Shown here piece after piece: positions 22,101 through 34,323 of a stretch of DNA of 64,000 nt; within the stretch, counting starts at the first letter, position 1; every line of letters begins with the position of its first letter. The notes beneath the pieces are model-generated. The model made no database searches. It saw only the letters and a list, made by a program, of their open reading frames with translations, and had not been told where the DNA came from. Both the position numbers and the translations under genes were made by a program. The DNA is from Lingula anatina. Lineage: Eukaryota > Animalia > Brachiopoda. The stretch covers positions 4,898,001 to 4,962,000 of the forward strand of contig CM120642.1 in assembly GCA_051362555.1 (NCBI GenBank), in the 5' to 3' direction.

Positions 22101-24673
22101 GTTAAAAATTTGGCAAAAGGACCCATGATTGAATGTGTAACTACTCTTATAAGCAAAGTCTTTTACACAGAGAAATTAACTTGATTGTTAAAAGTTTAGG
22201 GTGCTAATATTTGTAAATTAAGATTCATTGGGTTCAATTCAGCATTTTTTCACATAGAACTACCAATTTTATTTTTTTGAATCAGTAAAATGTCCAATCA
22301 TTTAGATGTCAAGCTGCCAAAATACAATTACTTTCATTTTTTTAGCAGGAATAACTTAATCTTACCTATTGCTGGATAAGTTCAATGCCCCTCTCTGAAA
22401 GTAGCCCACAGCCATGTGGCTATCCTTTTGCACTGCCTGACTAAGGACCTGTAAGTTAATGTTCATATCTCAAATTCATTCCATTTTCAAGGATTAACGA
22501 TAAAATTTAAACTTACATTGCAGGCCCGTAGCCACCAATTGCAAAAGGGGGGTTCTTTTTCTGAAAATGAGAACCATTTGTGTTTACCTAGATCGTCTAC
22601 TCAGAGTGGACCTTTTCCCAGCAAAAAGGCGGGTTCTTTCGAACCCTCCGAACGCCCCTGGCTACAGGCCTGCATTGATTCATTTACCTGTGCAAAATAA
22701 GTTCACAATGGAATTATTAATTAAATTAGATTACAAGAAGTGCAAATATGTTTTTTATAAAAACAGATGAAAAATAAAAGACAAGGCAGCAAAGCTGTCA
22801 AATGTACAGACAAAGAACAGAAAATAAAGATGCAAATAAGTGAAAAATTAAATTTTCACAAAAAACTGTTAAATTGCCAGAAAAATTTACCAAACAGACT
22901 GCGTTGCCTATTGAAGCTGTATTTTAGTCCCATGTTTCTTTCCTATAAGTTTGAGAACAGTAAGTGACATGATTTCCCTTAAATGGTCATCATAGGAGCA
23001 GTGCCCAAAATAGGGGTTTCTTCAAATTTTGATACAACATTAAATAATGTTTAACAGCATAATGACAATCAAATGTTATTAATAAAACATGGACATTCAG
23101 AAAATGTGACAAGCAAAAGTCTTCAAGATCATGGAACTTTAAAGTCACACCTTGAAAATGCCAATATGTGAAAAATTAAATTTTCACAAAAAACTGTTTA
23201 ACTGCAAAAAAAAAAAATAATAAAAAAAAAAAAATAAAAAAAAAAATACCAAACAGACTGCATTGCCTACTGAAGCTGTATTTTAGTCCCATGTTTCTTT
23301 CCTGTAAGTTTGAGAACAGTAAGTGACATGATTTTCCTTAAATGGTCATCATGGAAGCAGTGCCCAAAATAGGGGTTTCTTCAAATTTTGATGCAATATT
23401 ACATAATGTTTAACAGCTTAATGACCATCAATTTTTAATTATAAAATATTTGTATCACAGATATTCAGAAAATGTGACTAGCAAAGGTCTTCAGGCCCAT
23501 GGAACTTCAAAGTCACGCCTTGAAAATGCCAAAATGTAAACAAGACAGCACTGTTCTGAAATGGGTTTATTTCCATTTTTAACACTTTTTTAACATAAAA
23601 CAAAATAAACATTTTACTGCCATTTTTATATGACCAACTAAAAAAATTGATGAGATGGGAAAAGTATCAATAGAACAGTGTTAAATGTCCAATTTCCTCC
23701 ATTCTGAGATTCTGAACATAGTGGATGATTGAATCTGACAAACTGCAATGATATGAGTTTATTTCCATTTTTGACACTTTATTACACAATACATGATAAA
23801 AAATTTACCATGTTTTTTACATAATCAACTAACAATGTTGTAAAGATGCAGGAAATATCAAACAAACACTTTTAGGCATCTTATTAGTTAAATAATGAGA
23901 CTGTTAACATGCTTAAGAATTGAATCTGAGGAAATGTGAAAAAAACAGTATAACTTCTAAAATAATGGCCCGATTATACTGATTTTCGAACTCAACCTGC
24001 GTTTTAGTAAGATAGACCACTCCTGTGAGTATATTTACAATTGGCCAATCCGTTTTTCTTATATTGTGTTATCAGTGTTGCATTTATATTGAAAATAGTG
24101 AAAAAACAGCATAAATTCCCTCAAAATAGCCCAATCATGCTGATTTTCGAACTTGACCTGCGTATTATGAATATTCATCAGTTCTGTAAGTTTCAAGTCA
24201 AAAGGTAAAATGGTTTTCCACTTATCGTGTTATCGGTGCTGCATATATGCTGAAAAAAGTGAAAAAACAGCATAAATTACCTAAAAGTGACCCGATCATG
24301 CTGATTTTCGAACTTGACCTGCGTATTATGAATATTCATCAGTTCTGTAAGTTTCAAGTCAAAAGGTAAAATGGTTTTCCACTTATCGTGTTATCGGTGC
24401 TGCATATATGCTGAAAAAAGTGAAAAAACTGCATAAATTCCCTAAAAGTGACCCGATCATGCTGATTTTCGAACTTGACCTGCGTATTATGAATATTCTT
24501 CAGTTCTGCAAGTTTCAAGTCAAAAGGTAAAATGGTTTTCCACTTATCGTGTTATCGGTAAAAGTGCACGGCGACGGCGACGGCGACAACGGCGACGACA
24601 GACGCAGATGATGGCTATATGTACAGACATGACTGTGTCTGTACATAAAAAAGCCTTAATTTTTGGTAGAGAA

Positions 24674-24736
<63 letters not shown>

Positions 24737-24943
24737 ACGTGTGTGTGTCATCACACTGTTTACCTGAAAAGCTTCTTCTCTCTGTCCCTTTGACAGCAAA
24801 CCCTGAGAGATATTAAACAGGATCTTCGCCGTAGGCTCTGGGATTTCTTGGAACGTTCTAAGACTGCCATTTATGTCACCATTCTCATACAATATCACTG
24901 CCTTGTTCCATGTTGTTAGGATCTCTTTCTTCGTCAAAGACAT
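19152..24943 (-). CDS. NADPH oxidase activator, p67phox(NCF2)/NOXA1 family: TPR + activation domain + Pro-rich linker + PB1-like C-terminus
   Basis: Exons approx. 24943-24764, 22448-22366, 22003-21895, 21628-21491, 21083-20967, 20709-20662, 20479-19682, 19275-19152. Motifs: WNKAV..., AKILFNI, AVQKDSHMAVGYFQRG, LRGKGTIDYKQLGLNYKL, EVYYN, LFKP...LQKKDYLGKAKVVS (activation domain). Ends ...ENEASMAEVWTRLQGESLHLQVYGKPSS*. Confidence 0.88.
22521..22672. mobile_element. MITE with 14-bp TIRs
   Basis: CAGGCCCGTAGCCA ... TGGCTACAGGCCTG (1 mismatch), flanked on both sides by CATTG (22516-22520, 22673-22677). Confidence 0.75.
22780..24652 (-). mobile_element. HINE-like element, copy 2 (both ends present)
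   Basis: On the + strand it starts ACAAGGCAGCAAAGCTGTCAAATGTACAGAC (stem-loop plus subTIR) and ends with the microsatellite, the TATGTACAGACA..TGTCTGTACATA hairpin and an A-run. It lies in the first coding intron of the p67phox-like gene. Confidence 0.82.
24678..24748. repeat. (GT)n microsatellite
   Basis: Direct observation. Confidence 0.95.
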
Positions 24944-26039
24944 TTTCACATATTAAATTGTGTATTGTAGAGCGTTGTCCATTCCCTGAAAAAAAGGTTT
25001 GTTTTTATCAATTGTTGCCACACATTAATAAATAACGTTAACTGTCAAAAATAAGTAAAGATCCATGAACTCTATAAAATGTGACAAATTACAGTGATTT
25101 ACAGGGATAGGTAGATCACAATCCGCTAGGGGCGCTACAGTCGTAACTGTCCACGGGAAGTGAAGTGTAAAACTGAAGTCGGCCTGCTGACAGTTCGCCT
25201 ATGGAACCCCTTTTTTAAATCTCTCTATTAGCGCCGCGTAAAAAAACTAATACAAGCCATTAACTAAATAAGTTGTAAATCAAAGAGTAAAATCCGGTCA
25301 AGTGATTTTCCCATGTTGCAGTCTTTGACAAGTTTCGGTTCTGCTTGTTTTAAGCTTTGCCTCTACAAAATGCTAAAAAAAATTCAGGTAAGTGCTGGTA
25401 TCATCTTTTTGAAATTTATATCCAGCAAAGTTTATGAAATTTGCTATATTATGTAGAAAAATCATGAAATTTGAAGGTTGCGAAGTATAGTTAATTTAAT
25501 CCGCAATATTACATGATGTGAAAATTACCACAGGGAAATAGCTTTGCCCTGATTAGTCACAGGCTATGTGAGCCAGACAATAGGCTGAGCACACAAAGAC
25601 ACACAGGGTGCTCTGCTGCGCCTGAGTGATCACTGCTGGTCAGTGGGCACAGGTTTTGAGCTGAGAAGTGTGGACACTTTTGGTGGATTTTTGCAGTTAA
25701 AAAACTTCAATATCTTTGTTGCTTGTAGGAATATTAAAAAAATTCCAAATGATTTCATCCGGTTTTTGCATTACCTTTCAGATGATATAAGTATTTTAAT
25801 TTTCTGATCAGTTTGAAAATTTTTCTGATATACCTAACAGGGAAGTCAATCATTCATTCATAAAACATCATGAGTATCAGAGTCAGGAACTCAGTCAAAT
25901 TAAACCCAGGTCAGTAAAATAAAATTTTGTAGAACTGGTAACGAGTTTGTACGTACTTGTCTAAGAAACCTACCTTTAGGCCATATTACAGCAAACGCTT
26001 AACTTGTGTTCGTGTCTATGTTAAAATACTCAAAAAGCT

Positions 26040-26367
26040 CACTAGTAAGTCATCGCTTCCTGACCTAGTTTCTTCACAGGTGCGATTTGAGCTTGCGTAG
26101 TAAACCGGAACCCGTAGGTACATGCTTTCACGTGTTGTGGAACCGTTCAGTTGAACGTTAGCACGCTCGTTCGTCTACCGTAGATTTCTGTAACTGTCTT
26201 TCTGTGTAAGTTAAGATCGCAGGACCTGCTCGGCGTAGACGCAACTGACGTCCGGGTGTGCGGGTATTAGTTATTGAGTACTGTTGCTCTGAGACACCCA
26301 AGAGACTGTAGGCAACCGCCAACTAATATAGACTCCTCTTTTTGAGAAGACTTGTGCACTGCGAAAG
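26040..26367 (+). promoter_or_regulatory. Putative CpG-rich promoter / non-coding first exon of the folate receptor gene
   Basis: CpG-rich segment with E-box TCACGTG (~26128) and CRE-like TGACGTC (~26246), ending in a strong donor AAG|GTGAGT at 26367/26368. A matching acceptor lies at 28200, upstream of the ATG. Confidence 0.45.
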
Positions 26368-26572
26368 GTGAGTGCAACAGAGTGATAACTATATGAGAAG
26401 TGGATCGCAATGTTCAGCACTGTATGATATAGTGGTTTGTCAGTTAATCCTGTCTTTAAATTGTAATGGTACGGGGCATTGACTTGAACAAAGTTTTTTT
26501 TTAATTATTTTATTTTTAAATAATTAAAATAATTAAAATTATCATATTTTTGAATTTCTTTATGTCAGCCGA

Positions 26573-26574
<2 letters not shown>

Positions 26575-26632
<58 letters not shown>
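26575..26632. repeat. (AT)n microsatellite
   Basis: Direct observation. Confidence 0.95.
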
Positions 26633-26635
<3 letters not shown>

Positions 26636-28261
26636 CATATGCTGTAATATGGCAAAGTCTGAGCTATCATATTAATTGTTAATATCTCATGTTAGTCATG
26701 TTTGCTGTTGACACCTGAGTCAGCCCCCAGTTGTAACTTAAGCTCATTATACCTACTAGATGTAGTGCCTGGACGTCTTTCAAACTCCTACTTTATTGGT
26801 TAAGCAGCAAACAGGCTTCAGACTTCATTGTTTCTTTTTGATGGATGACCTGACAGGATTTATAGTAGACCAAAGATGCTGCAGTTAGCCTGTTACGCTA
26901 TGCTGCACCTCCTAATGAACTACAAAATTTTGGGCTACCTAAGTGATTGCAAGGAACCCGGTGCAGATTAGAATATTCACTACTCTGAAAGAGTTCATCA
27001 AAGTTACAAAACTGACAGTATTTTATCAGTTCTAAATAGAGTGCAAAATTACATTGTACAGTACTGCCAGGCACATCAGCTCTGATCTGGCCATTTTTTA
27101 CAAGGGACTATATAATTTCAAAGTTACAATTTCCATTAACTGTTATGTCTATTGCTCAGTTTAGCTAAATCCAGCTAAAACAATGCATGTCCCTGTCCAA
27201 CATAGTCCAAACTTCAAATGTCAAGCATGTGCGTACACGTAAGTTAAACTTCATCGTAATGTGTGTACATGTTTTTTTTGCTCACTACCCCATCCAGTTA
27301 TGGAGAGACATGTTAATCGTCCTTGCAAGTCCACAATTTTTATGAGGTCTTAAAAAGTTTTTTTTTTTTCTATAAGATGCCTGAAAAGCAACCATGTTGA
27401 ATGAATCGTTATGACAGGAGATACAATGCATACATGTTATATTAATAAATACATGTTAAACCATAGATACTTATTTCAGTGATCCTCGCAATTTTTTTTT
27501 CACTAATCAAGCTGGGGACTTCAAGTCTTGAAATTAAACACTATATATCTACCCAAGTACATACCTACACACTGATAGCTACATACATGACTGTGAATAA
27601 ACAGTTTAAATTGTTGATCTGTCTCATTTAAATCCAAAGTAATTCCAGTTTTAGTGACACAGTGTCTGTTATTTTTTACAGAAGCCACTTCCAAAAATGA
27701 GTAGAAAAGTTAGTTCATCTGATTTTTATCCCATAAACAAAAATTAACTGCTGTCTGAGAAGATAAAAAGACAAATGATTAAAATGAATTATTAAAATAA
27801 ATCATCTTGTATTTTAACTAAATAACTATATCAGGATTAATTTAAACCAACTGGCATTTACATTTACATCATATCATTTCCCCAAAAATATAAAAATAGA
27901 TATTTTGAATATATTTGTCATGCTTAAAAACGGCCATTTAATTTTGTGAAATAGCCCATCTATTTGCAAAATGGCGCATTAAAGGTGACAAACAGGGGTT
28001 CATTGTCCCATTGGTGGTTTGAACCTTTCCAATCACTGGTTTTGTTGTAAGCACTGCTTTCATGCATTGAAGTTAAATCACTTCTAGGGCATTCTTTAAA
28101 GATACATTTGAAACCTCTGATTAAACGCACTAGTGCACAGCATGCTGAAAGTTTTATAAACCAGCACATGTATGAAAATTTAATTTTTTCTTCTATTCAG
28201 CTCCACTGCAACGTGTCAGGGATAGTATCCTACTTTGCATCTAACTGAACAGATAAAAAAA

Positions 28262-30839
28262 ATGGAGGGTTTTCCTGTGCTCCTTTTTACTGCCTGTATG
28301 CTACTTGTCTCTGGGAATCGACTGAATGACCGCACCCAGCTGTCTGATTTCCTGGACACATGTATGGACGCCCAGAGTCATAAATCTAAACCAGGGCCTG
28401 AAGACTCACTGCATGCAGAGGTATATAGAAGCAATCTTTTTTTATTGGCATAGAAGAACGGAAGTATTTTGTTCTAATTTTAGGTCTCTAGAAATATGAC
28501 AAATAGGAAGTACCAGTAATGATTTGTAAGCTAACTGTTATACATATTAACACATTTTGTTAAATGGTGGTAAATGTATATTAAATGTGCCATAAGCATA
28601 TTGGATTTTGTAGTCTGTAAAAGCTCCACTAGCTACATTAATTGTGTGATATGCTGGTAAAATTGTAGCTGTATTATGGAGATGAGAGTTTTTGTACTTG
28701 CAATATTTTCACTGTCAACACCCTACACACAGAGGCTCTCTGCTATGTAAGTTTGCTTTTGAACAAACTAAACCTGTGCAGTGCCATATTTTACTGATAT
28801 ATATACCAGTAGGGTGTTCAACACTTGAACAAAATTAAGCAATGCTTATTTCTGGCTATTATAAAGTATATGAGTCTTTTATCCTGAAGTAAAAGAGTAG
28901 TCATCTCCAATATTCAGTGCACGCCCTGGAAGAACCGAGCTTGTTGCCACAAGAAGACTACGGAGGAGCTCCACCAGAATGCCACCTGGTACAAATTTAC
29001 CTGGGGCCACTGTGAACCCTTGTCTGACATGTGTAAGAGATATTTTGTCAGGGATCTCTGCTTCTATGAATGTTCACCCAATGTTGGCCCTTGGTTGGTA
29101 CAGGTGAGTAACCCTGGCATTTTTAACATCTAGCAGTATATACATGTATATCTGATGCTGTCTGTCTGTACCAGTTCTCTCTCAGAGACTGATCGGAATG
29201 AGTTATGTTGGTCTAGCTAATGCACACTAACTCCACAGGGACTCTCGCTGAATGCAATCAGAGTAACAGATTAACACGCCTCCTCTTGGTTTTGAGTAGA
29301 ACACAAAGAAGCTGGTGATTATACATTTACCTTGAAACCAAGAGGAGGTGTGTTAATCTGATTGCATTCAGTGAGAGTCTCCAGAGAGTAAGTGCACATT
29401 AGCTAGATCAGCATAACTCATTCTGAACAGTCCCTTAGAGATCATAACATGTAATTGTGATACAAGAAATATACTACCTTTCACGATATCTCCATTAATG
29501 GGCTTTTGATGTTTAATGTAATTAAATTATTGGATGTGTCCAGCAAGGAGGCTAATTTTCATTTACTTTTACTTGATAGCAGTGTTGATGAACAATGTTT
29601 TTCCAGATAGAGGAAAATAGTTGTTCTAAAATAGAGTTCAATGGTGCGTTCTGCCTAGTTGAATTATTTGATTATTATATGCATACCTACTGGCATCATT
29701 ATGAGATGGATTTCAGCATAACTGACGCTTGATTGAATTATATTGAATAAAAAAAAATTCTGCATAAATCTAAAGCTCTTTTTTATCTTATTATTTAGGA
29801 AAGTCGCACATGGCGCAAGGAGAGAATGTACCATGCTCCACTTTGTGAAACTGATTGCAATACTTGGTACAATGAATGCAAAAACGAAAAGACGTGTTTA
29901 GATAACTGGTCCAATGGTGGATTCAATTTTTCCTCAGGTCAGAAAATATTCATTATAAGAATATTGAAGTAAAGACAGATATTTGAATTTATTATTATTT
30001 TGTCTTGAGGCTTAAAGATACAGGTTTTAGAAATTGGTGTTTCAACACTAAATCTTCGATACCATTGCCAAAGATTTAAACCAGTTGGCTTTAGGCTAAC
30101 ACTTTTTTTTCTCCCAGGGCAGAAAATTAATTTAAGCCTTATTTTCAAATATGGTACCTCTTATTTTTCACATCTTCCACGCCTGCCTATTTACATGTGT
30201 CACAAGGGACATGTAGAGATTTGAAATTAAGGAAGTTGGCATGTGTTGGATCTGAAGATCAACAAAGTGAACATGTTTGAACAGCAGAAGTTAAAAATCA
30301 ATTTAAAGGAAAAGGATATGCGACATCGGAGAAGAATTTCATCAGCTGTGTAATGTTATAAGAGTAAAGTGATCTTTTCCAACCAACAGCTAATGTTGAA
30401 ATTGTTTACCTCTGCCATTCCCTGATGAAAATGCTGTAGACAGACATCAAAATATTTGACGTAAACAACTTTAATATTAGCTGTTGATTGAAGAAAATCT
30501 CTTATTTTTTATAAATAACAATTTTTAATATAACTATTTTTTTCTTTTTTTATATATATAGGTGTTAACACATGCCCAACTGGTAAACCGTGTAAACCAT
30601 TCCACGAAATTTTTGGGAACGCCACCAATTTTTGTGAAACAATATGGGATGGATCTTGGAAAGTCACTCCAGATGATAAACCGTGTATGAAAATGTGGTT
30701 TGATGCTACAAAAGAAAACCCCAATGATGCAGTTGCCAAGCAACGGGCAATGGAGATTCTACAGATTTCAGGGGTCACGAATTTGGCTTCTTCTTTTGTT
30801 TTCATTATATTTGCTGTTTTGATAGCTACACTGGTTTAG
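28262..30839 (+). CDS. FOLR: Folate receptor family protein (signal peptide, Cys-rich domain, GPI-type hydrophobic tail)
   Basis: Exons 28262-28420, 28918-29103, 29799-29937, 30562-30839: CMDAQSHKSKPGPEDSLHAE/CTPWKNRACC...RDLCFYECSPNVGPW/..TWRKER..APLCETDCNTWYNECK..TC..NW/GVNTCP..C..F..FCETIW..CMKMWFD..ENPNDAVA..SSFVFIIFAVLIATLV*. Confidence 0.93.
29179..29440. mobile_element. Foldback/MITE-like element with ~110-bp inverted arms
   Basis: 29179-~29292 is an imperfect reverse complement of ~29335-29440, e.g. CAGATTAACACGCCTCCTCTTGGTTT versus AAACCAAGAGGAGGTGTGTTAATCTG. Confidence 0.8.
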
Positions 30840-31249
30840 AAATTGCAATTTTTTGGATAAATGTAGATGTCATTTGCTATACTTTGGGCAATATTTCCAT
30901 TTGGCTTTGAGGCACTTGATTAAAACTTAAGTAACAAGCTAGGATATTTGTTTGTCCATTTGATTTTTTAAGCTGCTGTTGTGATTTTAAAAGTTTTTTA
31001 TGAACAGTGGATCCATTTAATGGATAAGTATAACTGCATATCAAAAGATGTTAAATGTGTTGATGTGTCATTGTTAATTATTCTAATTATATACATATGT
31101 AATATTCTGCCAGTTTATTGATTGGCAGTAGATTGGTCATCCAGAAGTATATAATGTGATTTTAGTACTTAAAATCTATTACTGGACCTGCAGTTCAGTT
31201 AGCTGATGTTGCATTCCTGGAGCTGTTCACAACAAATTTTGTCAACCAT

Positions 31250-31380
31250 GCTAATGCACACTAATTCCATAAGGACTCTCGCTGAGTTTAATCTGATTAA
31301 CAGATTTACATGCCTCCTGGCATTGAATAGAATATAGAAAAGTTGGTGATTATACAAGTGCTTTTGAAACACGGGGAGTT
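31250..31380 (+). mobile_element. Degenerate half-copy of the 29179-29440 foldback element
   Basis: GCTAATGCACACTAA..GGACTCTCGCTGA..TAACAGATT..GCCTCCT..TGGTGATTATACA is shared with 29216-29325. Confidence 0.7.
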
Positions 31381-34323
31381 TGTCTAGGGAGATACAATGT
31401 CATCAACTAGACTAATTTAAATGTCCAGTAATAGGATTTAATAAACTTCTTTATCATGGAGCAGCTTGTATATCTTGGTTGCACAGTGTTCAAAAGCTTC
31501 ATGACATTCTTAGTGAAAATTGATCTTAGCGGATTAAATAACCTTAGTTTCCAAATTGATGAAGTTGATGACCCTATATTACTTATGCCAAAACTACTAT
31601 AAATGATTACTGATATATAATCTGCCTCAATAATTGGTCACTTGCCTAAAGCTTGTTACTCTAATTTATTCATGGGTGCTTAAAATTCTATTGTGTGGTA
31701 TGCAAAGCAGTGAACTGTTGTTTTTAAATTAGGGCATTGTATGTTAATGAGCATCACACTGTAACAACCTCTAGAATCATGATCAGCTAGCCAGCATCAA
31801 GTTAAGGAGACATTAGATTCACAAATGTTGTATGGTAACACAAAAGTGTTCATGTTGTGTAAATATATCTTGTATTTGAATTTATACTGTGTGTGTGTTA
31901 AAACAAAAGCTGTATGTTATTAAGTATAACAGTTATTTCAATATCTATTTCGTAAATTGATTGATATATATAAGTAAGGATGGACTTTTATAATGTTTAA
32001 CAAAGTATTTGCTTTAGCCATGTTTGCAAATAGTTATTTATATAATAAAGTCATTTATTTTATGAAACAGTTTGTTCAAACGCATTAGTTGAAGGCTGAA
32101 ACATTTTAGTTTTGGAGGTATATTTAGTTACTGATCAGTGACAGTATAAAAATGTGATTTACAGAGAGAAATGAACTCGTAACAACTGCCTGAATAATCT
32201 GCATTAAATTGCAGACTTGATAATCCTGGTTTCCTATCATTTGTCTTCCATAAATATTTATACCACGAATCTTATCATGACCAAACAATTTAGCTGGAGT
32301 TCAATGAATGTGGAAAATGTAGCGTATTATTGGACACAAGATATTATGTAGTTGTTATTGTTATTTCTTCGTGAAAAAACTACACCATTGTTAGATTTGG
32401 TTGACAAAGCTCACAATGTTTTGTCATTTAACTTATCTTTATGTGTATGTTTTTGTGTTACCACTTTAAGATTGGATTTTAGTTGAGTAGATTTTGAAGA
32501 TAATTTATTTAATATTTATTTATTTATTTATTTTAGTTTGCATAATATTTGATGCACAATTTACTCACTTACAGGTATTCTGTGAGGGATTTTTTCGTAC
32601 AAAATATAAGTTACCTCTTGAAAAAAAGTGATTTTCTCCTGTTATTGAATCATAGCTCAACTGTCACTTGTCCCTTAATACTACAGGCCAGTTGACAGAT
32701 AATCAATTCCATACATAATTTTCCTCTGGATAGTACAGTACAGGAAAGTGCATAGAGTAAGCTAGAGACATGTATGTGAAAATCTGGTGAACAATCAATC
32801 TATGGCCATGGTACATAGAGAGTAAGAAATGTTGATATCTGGTGCTTTTATTTTAGGGGTTATGTTGTTTTAAAAAGGGATGAGATTTTTTCCGACTTTT
32901 AGCAGATTTCCGACTTTTTGGGTGGTGTTGTAGTACTGAAATTTTCCGGACTATCAGAAGATTTGTGCATTTATTGTCTTTATTGGAAATATGATTAGCT
33001 TTGCAATATATTTAGACATAAAATATGACTTTGGGTCTTTTTCTTTTTGACTTTTCAGTAGTGTCCTTTTCAGCATTTCTGTACAAGGTTTACAACAAAT
33101 TATTTACAAGAAAAAATGTTTTTTAATGATTGATATTGTTCTGTAAAATTTTGTTAGACAATTTGTGTTTTTATTTTTGCTGTTTCACAAGTTTTCATTT
33201 ATTTATTTATTTATTAGATTTTTTAATCTGCTTGTATTAAAAATCTCTGTGTGTGTGTGCAATTTATCACGAACTTAGTAAATGGAGTTAGGAAATTGGT
33301 AACTCCCTATATATAATGTTTTAATTGAAATTGTTATATAAAGAATATTAAGTAATATGCCAGTATGTAAAATCTTGGTAACAACGTGCATTGGCATTTC
33401 ATAGGCCGATTGATCTAAGGTAATATGCACAAAATTTATGTATTTACTCATCATCTTTTGATACAAATATATCCAAGTATGTACACTGGTTGAATATTCG
33501 CATAATTGTTTTTATACATTTTCCAATACCTGTACTTTCAGGCATTTTGCTAGACTTGTAACCTTACTAGAAAAATATAATGCTTGGGTACTGAACTGAA
33601 ATACCATTTCTTTCTAGTAATTTTAAGGTGGTCAGTTCTGTTTCTTTATCGTACTGCTTTGTGGAAAATGAAAATAAACTACAAATTCCATAAACATTCA
33701 ATTGTCATATTTTCTTGTAAGATATGTCTTTTGTGATATTGCATCTCTAAAGAGATTTCCCCTTAAATTTTTTGGCACGTCATTCAACTTTAATTTCCAC
33801 GATAGTCGTACATATCTTTAACTCGCTGCGCCTTCTATGTGGAAATACGGTGCTCTCGTCTAGGGTCGTCTCTTCACGTCTCGGTGTGACAGTGTAGTCC
33901 GGGGTCCCATGTGATAAGTATTGGTTAGGGTTCGTATATGGGACGAATGTCACCTGCACAAAGTAATGGGGAACTGACTACTGTTCCTAGCGTACTACCA
34001 TTCCTGTCTCACCAGCATTGCTATTCGTCCTAGAAAATTATTACATTAACCACATCCCCGCAGCCCTCCCCTCTCCATTTTTTTTAATGATGATTTGAAA
34101 AATGTGTCACTTTTGGGTCCATGCATATAATTCACCAGTATGGAGCACAGGTGCAAGGATATAAAGGTGCAGAAGAAAGAAATTGCGGGGGCGTAACGGT
34201 GCGGGGACGTTGAGGGATGGAAACTTATCTATTGGCAGAACTTTATCTATGAGCAGTGTTCAGCAAAAATATTACCACAGAGCGGAATGTCGAAACTCAA
34301 ACACTTGGTGTTAGAAGTGGTAT

